A stretch of 30,529 nt of DNA from a virus. Its lineage: Duplodnaviria > Caudoviricetes. Below, piece after piece: positions 17,569 to 26,051 of this stretch. The stretch is taken from the IMG/VR virus record IMGVR_UViG_3300048886_000738, positions 1-30,529 of that record; one strand, 5' to 3'. Below the pieces are notes generated by a model, which was given only the letters and a program-made list of their open reading frames with translations, did no database searches and had not been told where the DNA came from. Every line of letters starts with the position of its first letter. Positions within the stretch are counted from its first letter, which is position 1. A program made the translations under genes and the position numbers.

Positions 17569-17597
17569 TTGCGTGGACAGAACAGTCAAGATAGTAT
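17569..17597 (+). promoter_or_regulatory. Putative promoter of DUF932 gene
   Basis: TTGCGT, 17-bp spacer, TAGTAT; SD GAGAGG before ATG 17646. Confidence 0.55.
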
Positions 17598-17645
17598 TAT
17601 CTCAATCCCTTCGGGGCCGCATGAAAAAGAGAGAGGTTACAAAGA

Positions 17646-18647
17646 ATGTCACACGAACTGGAAATGGTAGAGGACGAAGCCAGTTTCGCCTACCGGAAAG
17701 AGGGTGGAGCGCCATGGCACCGTCTTGGTGTCGCCGTGGACGGTCACCAGACCGCACCTGAGATGCTCCAACTGGCAAAGGCCAACTACGAAGTGACTTT
17801 GTTGCCAGTGCAATACATCACCCCCGGTGGTGTTCTGCTGGAAATGGAAGACCGATACATCACCGCACGAGTCAACGAAGACGGTTCATGTGTTCCGTTT
17901 GAGACCGTCAAGAACCGTTATCGGGTAGTGCAGAATGCAGCGGTACTAGACAAGGCGTTGAACGTCTGTGGTGCATCTCACGGAGATGCCATTATGGACA
18001 CCTGCGGCGTTCTTAAGGACGGTCGTGAATTCTTCGCCACCATTGATCTCGGAACCCTGATCCTTGATCCCCACGGCGTAGCCGATCAGATCGGTCGTTA
18101 CCTTGTGGTTCATACAAGTCACGACGGAACAACTCCTATCACCTATGCCTGTACCGACATTCGTGCGGTATGCAAGAACACCGTTCGCATGGGACAGGCT
18201 GTCGCAAAGTCAACCTTGACCGCCCGACACACGGCCAATTATGAGCGTGCATTGGATGAAGCAAACGAGGTTCTTAATATCTCAACTGAATGGGCACAGT
18301 CCTTCAAGGATACTGCTGAGAAGATGTTGGCTATTCCGGTTCCAGCCGGTAGTCCAAAAATCGACAAGGTTCTTAACGGCCTGTGGCCTGAGAAGGATGC
18401 CGATACCGATCGCAAGAAGGAAAACCGCGAAGAGGTATTGACCAATGTTCGCAGCCTATTTTTCAGTCGCAAGAATGCGGGCGGGTATGGCTACAACGGG
18501 TGGAGCCTGTTTAACGCCGTAGGTGAGTATTACGATCACCATTGGTTTGACGATGCCGATCGCAACGCAGCAGCATCCATGATGATAGGGAACAAATCCC
18601 ATCTCATGAAGGTAAGGGCGTCAGATCTGATTCTTGATCTGGTCTGA
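17646..18647 (+). CDS. DUF932 family phage/plasmid protein
   Basis: MSHELE...PWHRLG...YRVVQN...TSHDGT...IRAVCKNT...RHT...GWSLFNAVGEYYDH. Confidence 0.9.
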   Translation: MSHELEMVEDEASFAYRKEGGAPWHRLGVAVDGHQTAPEMLQLAKANYEVTLLPVQYITPGGVLLEMEDRYITARVNEDGSCVPFETVKNRYRVVQNAAVLDKALNVCGASHGDAIMDTCGVLKDGREFFATIDLGTLILDPHGVADQIGRYLVVHTSHDGTTPITYACTDIRAVCKNTVRMGQAVAKSTLTARHTANYERALDEANEVLNISTEWAQSFKDTAEKMLAIPVPAGSPKIDKVLNGLWPEKDADTDRKKENREEVLTNVRSLFFSRKNAGGYGYNGWSLFNAVGEYYDHHWFDDADRNAAASMMIGNKSHLMKVRASDLILDLV

Positions 18648-18648
18648 G

Positions 18649-18936
18649 ATGTCTTCTCCAACTGATGAACGTTTAAATCAGTTTCTTGAACAAGTTGGGG
18701 AACTGAATCCAGAAGCCTTGTCATTCGACGGCTTTGATAATTGCATTGTCGGAGTCGGTCAACAATTTACCAAAAACCCTGTTCTCGTTTACGATGAGTT
18801 TTTAATGTTGAACCATCTCTGCGATAAAGAAGGCTGGGAGGTAGATGAAGCGTGGGAATATTTGTGCTTCAACACATTTGGTGCTTGGATGGGGGAGGGA
18901 ACTCCCATCGTTATCCGGTCCATAAAGGATTGTTGA
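18649..18936 (+). CDS. Conserved hypothetical phage protein
   Basis: DGFDNCIVGV...VLVYD...EAWEYL.FNTFGAWMGEGTP; ATG 1 nt after the DUF932 stop. Confidence 0.75.
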   Translation: MSSPTDERLNQFLEQVGELNPEALSFDGFDNCIVGVGQQFTKNPVLVYDEFLMLNHLCDKEGWEVDEAWEYLCFNTFGAWMGEGTPIVIRSIKDC

Positions 18937-18940
18937 CACC

Positions 18941-19096
18941 ATGCCAGAATTAAGTCCCTACAGGGGATACATCAAATGGACAAAAGAAGATTTCACACGA
19001 CACGGCTATTTGGCGACGTATGCGATTGGAGAGTGCCGCTGCGTTGAATGTGTGTCCCATTGGGATGAATGGGTCTATCAAGCGGAACAGAAATGA
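18941..19096 (+). CDS. Small HG...Y...CRCxxC zinc-binding protein (51 aa)
   Basis: Manual translation MPELSPYRGYIKWTKEDFTRHGYLATYAIGECRCVECVSHWDEWVYQAEQK; below ORF track cutoff. Confidence 0.6.
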   Translation: MPELSPYRGYIKWTKEDFTRHGYLATYAIGECRCVECVSHWDEWVYQAEQK

Positions 19097-19269
19097 AAAA
19101 AAGTTTGGGATCGATGTGTGCCGGAATGATGGCTTATTTTATGGGAGATGTCGTGTGGCACGGTTGGGAAGATATTTGTCCTGAACATGGCTCGCTCACT
19201 TGTGGTTGTGAAAAAACAGCCGAAACTGAATGGCCGGAACCCGTAGAGGATGAAAACGAACCTTTCTAA
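19093..19269 (+). CDS. Small Cys/His-containing hypothetical protein
   Basis: ATGA-coupled to previous ORF; CPEHGSLTCGC motif. Confidence 0.5.
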   Translation: MKKSLGSMCAGMMAYFMGDVVWHGWEDICPEHGSLTCGCEKTAETEWPEPVEDENEPF

Positions 19270-19324
19270 GACTTCCCCACCTACTACTGCTAGTAGTGTT
19301 ATTGTGAAAGAGGGAGGTAAGACC

Positions 19325-19489
19325 ATGAAATGTCGCACTTGCCGCAAAGACCTCAGTGAAATGGTTCACCATGCTGCCGAAACCGGCATGTGGGAATTTA
19401 CCTTGACCTGCGATTGCGGACGTTCCTACCTATGGAAACAGAATCATTTACGCCCGATCAATAACCAACGAGCCTTCGTCTCGGGTTAA
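19325..19489 (+). CDS. Small zinc-ribbon protein (54 aa)
   Basis: Strong SD GGAGG; MKCRTC...CDCG. Confidence 0.65.
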   Translation: MKCRTCRKDLSEMVHHAAETGMWEFTLTCDCGRSYLWKQNHLRPINNQRAFVSG

Positions 19490-19730
19490 TAGAAGAATTC
19501 CAATGCCGACGCATAAACCGTCGGTCGCTTTCTGATGTTCCGCCCCAAATGCCGACCTCTCTATTTACAACGGCATAGTCAAGGCACTGGCGTTGGACAG
19601 CGCAGGCTCTGCAAATAGCATAAGCCTGTTGTCGTCGTTCACGCTGATCTTTGTCTTCTCTCAAAATAAAAAACACACGGGTGTCGGTACTCTTGCACTT
19701 GGCTGCTTCTAGCCACTCTTCTTCTTCCAA
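19458..19730 (-). CDS. whiB: WhiB family Fe-S transcriptional regulator
   Basis: W...A.C...FF...AYAICRACAVQRQCLDYA...GIWGGTSESDRR (4 Cys plus GIWGG). Confidence 0.95.
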   Translation of the reverse strand: MEEEEWLEAAKCKSTDTRVFFILREDKDQRERRQQAYAICRACAVQRQCLDYAVVNREVGIWGGTSESDRRFMRRHWNSSINPRRRLVGY

Positions 19731-19742
19731 CGACGCCCCCTG

Positions 19743-21455
19743 TTACATCGAAGAAAACTCAAGAACAACAAAGGGCCACTCGTCGTCTAATCCACGACGC
19801 ATCAACGTGGGCCACTCTCGTTGATCTCTCATTCCCCGATAATGTTTGACTTCCATCATATTAGGGTCTGTCGGGTCAGGAGTGATGGCAATCCCGAACT
19901 CTGACCAACGACTCCATACAGCAGAACCGAATGGACGCATTTCCCTACTTGCGCCTGACCCCAATGGAGCGTGGTGTTCTAACCACAGGGCACATCCATA
20001 TTCGTGGCGAATGTAATCAAGGAACTTTGCCACCTCCGTAGTTACGGATTCTGATGTTCTACCACCGGGATCAAGGAAAGCCTTATACAAGGGGCCAAGA
20101 ACCAAAAGTTCTGGTTTGGTAGCGTCTACCCATTCAATCAATTTGTTTCTATCGTTTACCTTGAGAAGATCTAGACCATCTGGTTTGACGACAAGATTGG
20201 CTTCCATTTCTTTTGCTTTACCGACAACTTCAATCCGGTTATAGATTCGTCGCGCCGTTCGACGGATGATTCGTTCCGGGTTTTCCAAATCTATAAACAG
20301 TGTTCGTATCGGTGGCATTTTGTCCCGCCGGAAAGGATGAATCCCGGCAGAAGACATAAGCGCAACCTGTCTCGCTAAAAAGGTTTTACCCACACCTTCA
20401 GCCGCAACGATGATGACACGCTCTTGTCTTTCTAAAAGATTGGGAATAAGCCAGTCATATTCGTCGTCGGCGTCTTCATGCAACAGGGTGGCCCATTCGA
20501 CCAATCTTCCCTCTTCCTCCGACGAGGGTTCATCTCCATCGAAACCATCTAACAGCCGTTTTGCCTTATTGACCCGTTGAGACAAAGAAACACTGTGGTC
20601 AAGGCCCATGAGAGTTTCAACAAAATCAGTGAATTCATCACGAATTTCACCAGCAATAACTTCAAGGTCTGAAAGGGTTAAACCCATGCCGATATGGTCG
20701 GAGATGTCCTTTCCCTTAGCGGGCTTGAAAACCTTGACCTTTGCTCCGACTCCACGAAGTTCCGCAGCGACGCTGCTGGCATGGGTTTCACCGGCTGCAT
20801 CGTTGTCTTGAATGATCACAACTTTTGCATTAGCCAGCGTAGAGGTGTGCTGAGGGAGCCATTTATTCTGGCCCTCATCTCCTGCACCACCGGGATTGCA
20901 GGTAGCCACCTTCCCAAGACGCTCTAAAGTGTGAACGTCCTTTTCGCCCTCCACGACATAAACAATACCGTTGTTGGAGATTTGCTCTACAACTTGTGGC
21001 AGTCGATAGAGGGGCTTGTGGATCCCCTGCGTTCCCCAAATCCATTCGTCACCTTCTCGTCGTTGTTGACGAAAGGTTTTACCACCGCCTTCTTCCCGAA
21101 AGCGAAGCACCTGCATTACAGGGGCACCATCGCCATCTTCATAAACGTAAGTATCTTCTAGTTTCAACTTGCCCTTAGGTTTCGTTTCTTTAGAATCTGG
21201 GAACAATTCTGTGGGTTGAAGGTCCATCGACTCGCAAATTTGGGTGAAGTCGCATCCACCGCCGCGATGACAGTTCAAGAGAACCTGACCTTCACGGCCA
21301 ATCCCTATTGTCAAAGAGGGATTTTGATCGTCTTCCCTACAGGGACAAGCGGCATTCCAGCCAGTTCCAGAACTAGTTACCTTGTTCAAACGAGAAAGAA
21401 CGAGATCTATCTCAGGTGTTCTCTGTTGCACCCTGATACCTTTCTCGTTCCTCAT
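19743..21455 (-). CDS. Bifunctional DNA primase-helicase (Zn-binding + TOPRIM + RecA-like AAA_25)
   Basis: ACPCREDDQNPSL...CHRGGGC; VVEGEKDV...QDNDAAG; AAEGVGKT, IDLEN, LEHH...GS. Confidence 0.9.
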   Translation of the reverse strand: MRNEKGIRVQQRTPEIDLVLSRLNKVTSSGTGWNAACPCREDDQNPSLTIGIGREGQVLLNCHRGGGCDFTQICESMDLQPTELFPDSKETKPKGKLKLEDTYVYEDGDGAPVMQVLRFREEGGGKTFRQQRREGDEWIWGTQGIHKPLYRLPQVVEQISNNGIVYVVEGEKDVHTLERLGKVATCNPGGAGDEGQNKWLPQHTSTLANAKVVIIQDNDAAGETHASSVAAELRGVGAKVKVFKPAKGKDISDHIGMGLTLSDLEVIAGEIRDEFTDFVETLMGLDHSVSLSQRVNKAKRLLDGFDGDEPSSEEEGRLVEWATLLHEDADDEYDWLIPNLLERQERVIIVAAEGVGKTFLARQVALMSSAGIHPFRRDKMPPIRTLFIDLENPERIIRRTARRIYNRIEVVGKAKEMEANLVVKPDGLDLLKVNDRNKLIEWVDATKPELLVLGPLYKAFLDPGGRTSESVTTEVAKFLDYIRHEYGCALWLEHHAPLGSGASREMRPFGSAVWSRWSEFGIAITPDPTDPNMMEVKHYRGMRDQREWPTLMRRGLDDEWPFVVLEFSSM

Positions 21456-21879
21456 TGCCTACTATTTGATCATACGCCTGCAAAAACAATTCTCTGTCGG
21501 AGTTGGTTCTGAGAGCAGCCCCTTTGTTGGGAAATGATCGCATAGTCTGACCCACTAAATCGTGAGGCTTCACAAACTGAGTACCGGACTCTGATCCGGT
21601 TATCGCTGCACGAAACTGTGCCCATGCTTGCGGTCGGGAAGGGATCGGATCGTCTAGAGCGAGATCAATCGCCAAACGGCGGACCTGCCCCACGCGAGGC
21701 ATCCACTGTTGATCCAAAACGATGATCTGATCCACGGCAGCATCTACATCCGCCTTAGACAGATCAGAGAGAAACTTCCACCACAAAGCGAATCGCTCTT
21801 GAAAGGGTGGTCCTGCCGTAGCCGCATTCCAGTTGATGCTGACTTTTCTAACTACTTTGGCAAGTTCTTCTTTTTCCAT
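21412..21879 (-). CDS. Putative helicase loader/inhibitor (SPP1 G39P-like)
   Basis: LWWKFLSDL...VDAAV...WMPRVGQVR...AW pattern; located between the initiator-like gene and the helicase. Confidence 0.55.
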   Translation of the reverse strand: MEKEELAKVVRKVSINWNAATAGPPFQERFALWWKFLSDLSKADVDAAVDQIIVLDQQWMPRVGQVRRLAIDLALDDPIPSRPQAWAQFRAAITGSESGTQFVKPHDLVGQTMRSFPNKGAALRTNSDRELFLQAYDQIVGNEERERYQGATENT

Positions 21880-21885
21880 AATGTA

Positions 21886-22236
21886 TCAAAGAAGGTCATC
21901 AGTGTTGGCGTAATCTTCGATGACTTTAAAACCTTCTTCAACACGATCATAAATATCTAAAAACATCTCTATATGCTTTTCGTCACGCAGGATTAATTCT
22001 ATATCATCATACTTCTTACCCTGCGGGTTGTGGCCCATGTGCCACGGAGAATGTGTCGCCCCAGATATGGCGTCCTTACATGCTTCGATGCCGTATAGTC
22101 CGATTGCTTTTTCAATCTTACTGCGACGCTTATCACCCAATACTGGTTGTCGTCCTTTTGGGCTTGTTCTACAGAGAGATACCCAATGTTGGAAGACTTC
22201 AAATATGTCCTCTGTCGTCACCTTTGATATTGTCAC
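21886..22236 (-). CDS. Putative replication-initiator C-terminal-like protein
   Basis: EVFQHW...R..KI..AI...CKDAI.G...SPWHMG.N..GKKY.DIELILRD; SD GAAAGGG. Confidence 0.55.
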   Translation of the reverse strand: MTISKVTTEDIFEVFQHWVSLCRTSPKGRQPVLGDKRRSKIEKAIGLYGIEACKDAISGATHSPWHMGHNPQGKKYDDIELILRDEKHIEMFLDIYDRVEEGFKVIEDYANTDDLL

Positions 22237-22483
22237 TTGTTTCCCTTTCTGCTTGTGGACGTAAGTCCACCTTCATAACTAGTATTCCATTTTCTAAACT
22301 AGCAATAGCGTCCGCTATGATTGCATAGTCCATATACGCCTGTCGTGTTTCTTCGATCCACTGCTGGCGCGACGATCCCTCTAGGGGAGGCATGGGACGT
22401 TTCTTAACGGCATCTGCGCGTTGTCGAAAACGTTCAACCAGTTGCTCACACCACGCCTGTTGCCCCTCCGCTGTGATCGTCAT
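22199..22483 (-). CDS. Hypothetical protein, probably leaderless
   Basis: ATG 22483 lies 7 nt after the -10 TAAGAT; the upstream extension in the ORF track runs into tRNA-Gln. Confidence 0.7.
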   Translation of the reverse strand: MTITAEGQQAWCEQLVERFRQRADAVKKRPMPPLEGSSRQQWIEETRQAYMDYAIIADAIASLENGILVMKVDLRPQAERETSDNIKGDDRGHI

Positions 22484-22490
22484 GGATTCG

Positions 22491-22519
22491 ATCTTACGGC
22501 ATGTTTTCCAACAAGGCAA
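22491..22519 (-). promoter_or_regulatory. Putative promoter (leaderless transcript)
   Basis: Minus strand TTGCCT, 17-bp spacer, TAAGAT, 7 nt, ATG. Confidence 0.55.
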
Positions 22520-22536
22520 ATAAGCGCCACGGAGGC

Positions 22537-22612
22537 TGGCTCGGCGGGGAGGGATCGAACCTCCAACCTTCGGGTCCAAAACCCGACGTTCTGCCAGTTG
22601 AACTACCGCCGA
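22537..22612 (-). tRNA. trnQ: tRNA-Gln(UUG), CCA encoded
   Basis: TCGGCGG acceptor; anticodon arm TCGGG-TT-TTG-GA-CCCGA; GGTTCGATCC; 3' GCCA. Confidence 0.95.
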
Positions 22613-22616
22613 TTAG

Positions 22617-22688
22617 TACCCCCAACGGGGATCGAACCCGTGTTACCAGCGTGAAAGGCTGGCGTCTTAACCACTAGACGATGGGGGC
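22617..22688 (-). tRNA. trnE: tRNA-Glu(UUC)
   Basis: GCCCCCA acceptor; CCAGC-CT-TTC-AC-GCTGG; GGTTCGATCC. Confidence 0.95.
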
Positions 22689-22692
22689 TTTG

Positions 22693-22765
22693 TAGGAGCG
22701 GCGGGAATCGAACCCGCAACCTTCGGATTAAAAGTCCGCTACTCTGCCAATTGAGTTACGCTCCC
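22693..22765 (-). tRNA. trnK: tRNA-Lys(UUU)
   Basis: GGGAGCG acceptor; CGGA-CT-TTT-AA-TCCG; GGTTCGATTC. Confidence 0.95.
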
Positions 22766-22768
22766 AAG

Positions 22769-22852
22769 TGGCGGTGGCGGGATTTGAACCCGCATGACTC
22801 AAGAGTCGGGAGATTTTAAGTCTCCTGTGTATGCCTGTTCCACCACACCGCC
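22769..22852 (-). tRNA. trnL: tRNA-Leu(UAA), long variable arm
   Basis: GGCGGTG acceptor; GGAGA-CT-TAA-AA-TCTCC; variable arm GACTC-TT-GAGTC; GGTTCAAATC. Confidence 0.95.
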
Positions 22853-22858
22853 GTGCGA

Positions 22859-23257
22859 TTAGTGCAAGGCCCGAAGTTGTCTCCCTGTCAGGAAGACGGT
22901 TGCCGAATCAACTCTCATCATTCCGTTGGGAGCAGCCCGAATTACAACATCTATCTGCTCTATCGGCACCTTGAATCGACCGGCGAGCAACGCCTTATAT
23001 TTCATGCCTTCCGCTTCAGCATCCGGAAGACCATCATCGAAAGGAGTCTCCTCCGGAACCGCAAGCGTCTGGGAGAGTTCTTCAAAATCAGAAGCGTCTA
23101 AACACTTGATGCATCCCAACACACCGGATGGAGATTTCCGCTTTCTTGTAATGGTGTGCCCACAACTAAGTTCGTGCATCCAAGTGACATGGCCATAGCC
23201 ACCGATCTTGACAACCTTGACCGCCTCGCGGCGAGGGGCATTACGAGGACTCGGCAT
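22859..23257 (-). CDS. Hypothetical protein with CGH...CxxC zinc-binding motif
   Basis: HELSCGH...GCIKC. Confidence 0.7.
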   Translation of the reverse strand: MPSPRNAPRREAVKVVKIGGYGHVTWMHELSCGHTITRKRKSPSGVLGCIKCLDASDFEELSQTLAVPEETPFDDGLPDAEAEGMKYKALLAGRFKVPIEQIDVVIRAAPNGMMRVDSATVFLTGRQLRALH

Positions 23258-23657
23258 CCGCTAACCCATCACACCACCGATCAGCGGATCTGACGGCCTC
23301 CCCCAACTGTTCCGACCACGGCATACATAAAATCAACCACCACTCTTGTTGGGTCCAATCGGGGGTGAGGTCATTGACCGGAGCAACTTCATGTAGCCGA
23401 CCAACAACACGGTCAACTTCTTGCCAAACGACTTTTTGGTTTTCGACCCACTCTTCGGCCTTTTTCGCTGTGTCCTCATCCTTAGGGTCCAGTAAATAGC
23501 GCAGTACATCCCTGTTGCCCTGTTTTGGCAATTGCCGCTCAAAGGATACCATTTCGATGGCTTCTATTAAATCTTCCGGAATTTCAAATACTGTTTCAGC
23601 CACCTGAACCCATTTCTTTATAGCAGTCTGAACAAAGAGATTTGTGATCGAACTCAT
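23241..23657 (-). CDS. Hypothetical protein
   Basis: 138-aa ORF overlapping the downstream gene in operon fashion. Confidence 0.65.
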   Translation of the reverse strand: MSSITNLFVQTAIKKWVQVAETVFEIPEDLIEAIEMVSFERQLPKQGNRDVLRYLLDPKDEDTAKKAEEWVENQKVVWQEVDRVVGRLHEVAPVNDLTPDWTQQEWWLILCMPWSEQLGEAVRSADRWCDGLADAESS

Positions 23658-23842
23658 AGCAATAACAAAGACAATATTTGCATTGGTTTGATGTTAAAAA
23701 ACCTCTATGTCCCATCATACGGTAACGCTGTATGCGCGTCTGATTTTGCGTTTGGCGCTTCATCCACTAAACTCTAGAGGACGGAATGGCTTGAGGTCAA
23801 CTTTTTGCCATTCTAATAAACTATTGAGAGAGGAAACAGGAG

Positions 23843-25864
23843 ATGTCCATACTAGCCAAAGGGCTAATAGTCTTCGGTTGTGCTTGTCTAGTTGTCTTCA
23901 CCAATGACGACGAAGGACTTAAACAAGATATTGTTGTAACACCGGAGGTCCAACTTGAAGCGTCCAAGTCGCCTCCACAGGCAACCACTAAACGGTTGCT
24001 TGAACAGATAATAACAACCACTACCAGCACAACCACTACAACGTTGGTTCCGTTGCGACCCACTGCACCCGGTGTAGACCCGAATGAATGTCGCATCGCT
24101 GATGCTCGCAATTTTGTAGAGCGTGTTCCATTTTCTGTCGGGTTTCCCCTTGACGGAAATACGCCAGCAACAGGAACGATAAAAGTGGTTCTTCTTCCTA
24201 TCGACTTTTCCGACGCAATCGGGACCGAACAGGAAATCTTCAACGCACAGAATCAAATAGGCAAATTCAATGAATGGGTAGATTCTTATTCCCGATCGGC
24301 GCTGACCGTTGATTGGGTGTTTCCTGAGGAATGGTGGCGCGCCTCAAAGGAATCTTCGGAATATGGCCTCAGCCCGGAAACCATTCACACAGCGATGACT
24401 GGCGATGCTCGTTCCTATTTCGCAACAGTTGAAACTTTTGGAACGGAAGCCATCGCTCTTACAGATCCATTTATTGACTTCACGGATGTTGAATTCGTCT
24501 TCATTCTTCTGCCTGAAACCATCGTGCATATCGACCCCCACGTTGGTGCTTTCCATCTCAATATCCCATCCGATGAAGGCACTATCGAAAAACTGTGGGG
24601 CGGAGGGGCATTCTTCTACAGACGGAACTACGACGGGCGTCCCAAAGAACTGTGGACAGCATGGGTTCACGAAATTGGGCACACATGGGGTCTTGCCGGT
24701 CACGCCCCTGTGGCGACACTTGGCAGAGAACTGGAAGTGGGTTCAACCGAATCAGACCTTCATCTAATGGGAAACCAAGATGCGGTTCATCAAGTGTTCT
24801 CAATCTGGGATCAATGGCTTCTGGGCTGGCTCCCAGAAAAAGAGGTTTACTGCCTCCCCGCATACCAGATTGAAAGCACAGACGTAGAACTGGTCACATT
24901 GGACGATTTAGACGATGAGGGTTATCGAACAGCGATGATCCCCGTTAATGAAACATCAATACTCGTTGTCGAATCTCGCGACTACGGGATCGTGGTGTAT
25001 TTGGTTGATACGACTTTGGACTACGACCGAAGTGCCGAAAGCGAGGGGGTTGCCTTAGATCGGTTCGCCACCTATCTAACGGACCTTGTCCTTCATGTGG
25101 GCGAGTCGATCTCCTACGAAAGAATTGGGATCTCAGTTGTCCGAAGTGGCGTAATCAACATCACATACGAAATATCAGAGTGGGAACAAGATCCAGCATC
25201 GGTAGAAGAAGGAGAGGAAGACAATGAATGGGGCTTGCCAGACGACGTTTGGGTGGACAACTATGACCCCACCGCAGTTCCCCCTGACCATTTCACAGAG
25301 ATCCCATTCCTGATCGACAATATGTACGGGTTCTATGAACGAGGTCCGCACATTGTGGAATTGCAGCGACTTTTAGGTATGCAATTCGTGGACGGCATCT
25401 ACGGCCCTGCTACCCGCCGCAGTCACATGGAATGGTTTGGATCTTTTGAGGCGGCACACCGATACTTCTACAATCGGGAAACTTGGTATTCCGAAACCAT
25501 CGATCCCGAAGAAGATTGGCGACACAATTGGGGAATGTGGGAAGACCCACCTACATTGCTAGAGTTGGTCAACCTGTACTTCTTGCCGGAAGATCGTGAA
25601 TGGGCTTTAAAAGTAGCCCAATGCGAAAGCAGCGCACGACCCAGCGATACCTATTCCAATGCTGTGAGTTCGGCGTTAGCCGTAGGTTGGTTCCAGCATT
25701 TAAGTAAGTTTTGGCTAGATAGAAGTGAACGAAGCGGTTGGTATGGATACGATATTTTTGATACCGAACCTAATGTTGCAGTAGCCGCATGGCTTTTTTA
25801 TGAAGACGGCGACTCACATTGGAACGAATCGAAAAGTTGCTGGAAAGGAACATCACATGGGTAA
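23843..25864 (+). CDS. Exported/membrane-anchored protein: M6-like zinc metallopeptidase + peptidoglycan-binding domain + lytic transglycosylase-like domain
   Basis: N-terminal hydrophobic segment, Thr-rich linker, VVLLPIDFSD, HEIGHTWGL, LMG..., WDQWLLGWL; LQRLLG...VDGIYGPATR; WALKVAQCES...AVGWFQ...NVAVAAWL...W. Confidence 0.75.
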   Translation: MSILAKGLIVFGCACLVVFTNDDEGLKQDIVVTPEVQLEASKSPPQATTKRLLEQIITTTTSTTTTTLVPLRPTAPGVDPNECRIADARNFVERVPFSVGFPLDGNTPATGTIKVVLLPIDFSDAIGTEQEIFNAQNQIGKFNEWVDSYSRSALTVDWVFPEEWWRASKESSEYGLSPETIHTAMTGDARSYFATVETFGTEAIALTDPFIDFTDVEFVFILLPETIVHIDPHVGAFHLNIPSDEGTIEKLWGGGAFFYRRNYDGRPKELWTAWVHEIGHTWGLAGHAPVATLGRELEVGSTESDLHLMGNQDAVHQVFSIWDQWLLGWLPEKEVYCLPAYQIESTDVELVTLDDLDDEGYRTAMIPVNETSILVVESRDYGIVVYLVDTTLDYDRSAESEGVALDRFATYLTDLVLHVGESISYERIGISVVRSGVINITYEISEWEQDPASVEEGEEDNEWGLPDDVWVDNYDPTAVPPDHFTEIPFLIDNMYGFYERGPHIVELQRLLGMQFVDGIYGPATRRSHMEWFGSFEAAHRYFYNRETWYSETIDPEEDWRHNWGMWEDPPTLLELVNLYFLPEDREWALKVAQCESSARPSDTYSNAVSSALAVGWFQHLSKFWLDRSERSGWYGYDIFDTEPNVAVAAWLFYEDGDSHWNESKSCWKGTSHG

Positions 25865-26051
25865 AGAATTAATCGAATCTGATGAGAGTAAGGATGTCTA
25901 CAACACCCCTTTTGGAATCCTCACCTTCTACAAGAAGGACGAACCGGGAGCAAAAGGACACAAGGCTGGAACAAGTCACACCGTCCCACATGAGGGCCAA
26001 CCAGCCCCCCGTCCGATAAAACTAAAAAAGAAATACAGGCAGCAGTCGTGA
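25857..26051 (+). CDS. Small basic hypothetical protein
   Basis: ATG after SD AAAGGA, overlapping the upstream stop; GTGA-coupled to the next gene. Confidence 0.55.
   Translation: MGKELIESDESKDVYNTPFGILTFYKKDEPGAKGHKAGTSHTVPHEGQPAPRPIKLKKKYRQQS

Noticed and set aside
22421-22654. ORF-track calls overlapping the tRNA cluster, including the 5' extension to 22579
   Set aside because: They overlap clear tRNA genes
22537-22852. tRNA cluster as a prophage attachment site
   Set aside because: Phage-like genes flank both sides; no integrase or duplicated tRNA 3' end was seen in the window
24010-24045. ACN-rich short repeats
   Set aside because: They simply encode the poly-Thr linker of the exported protein
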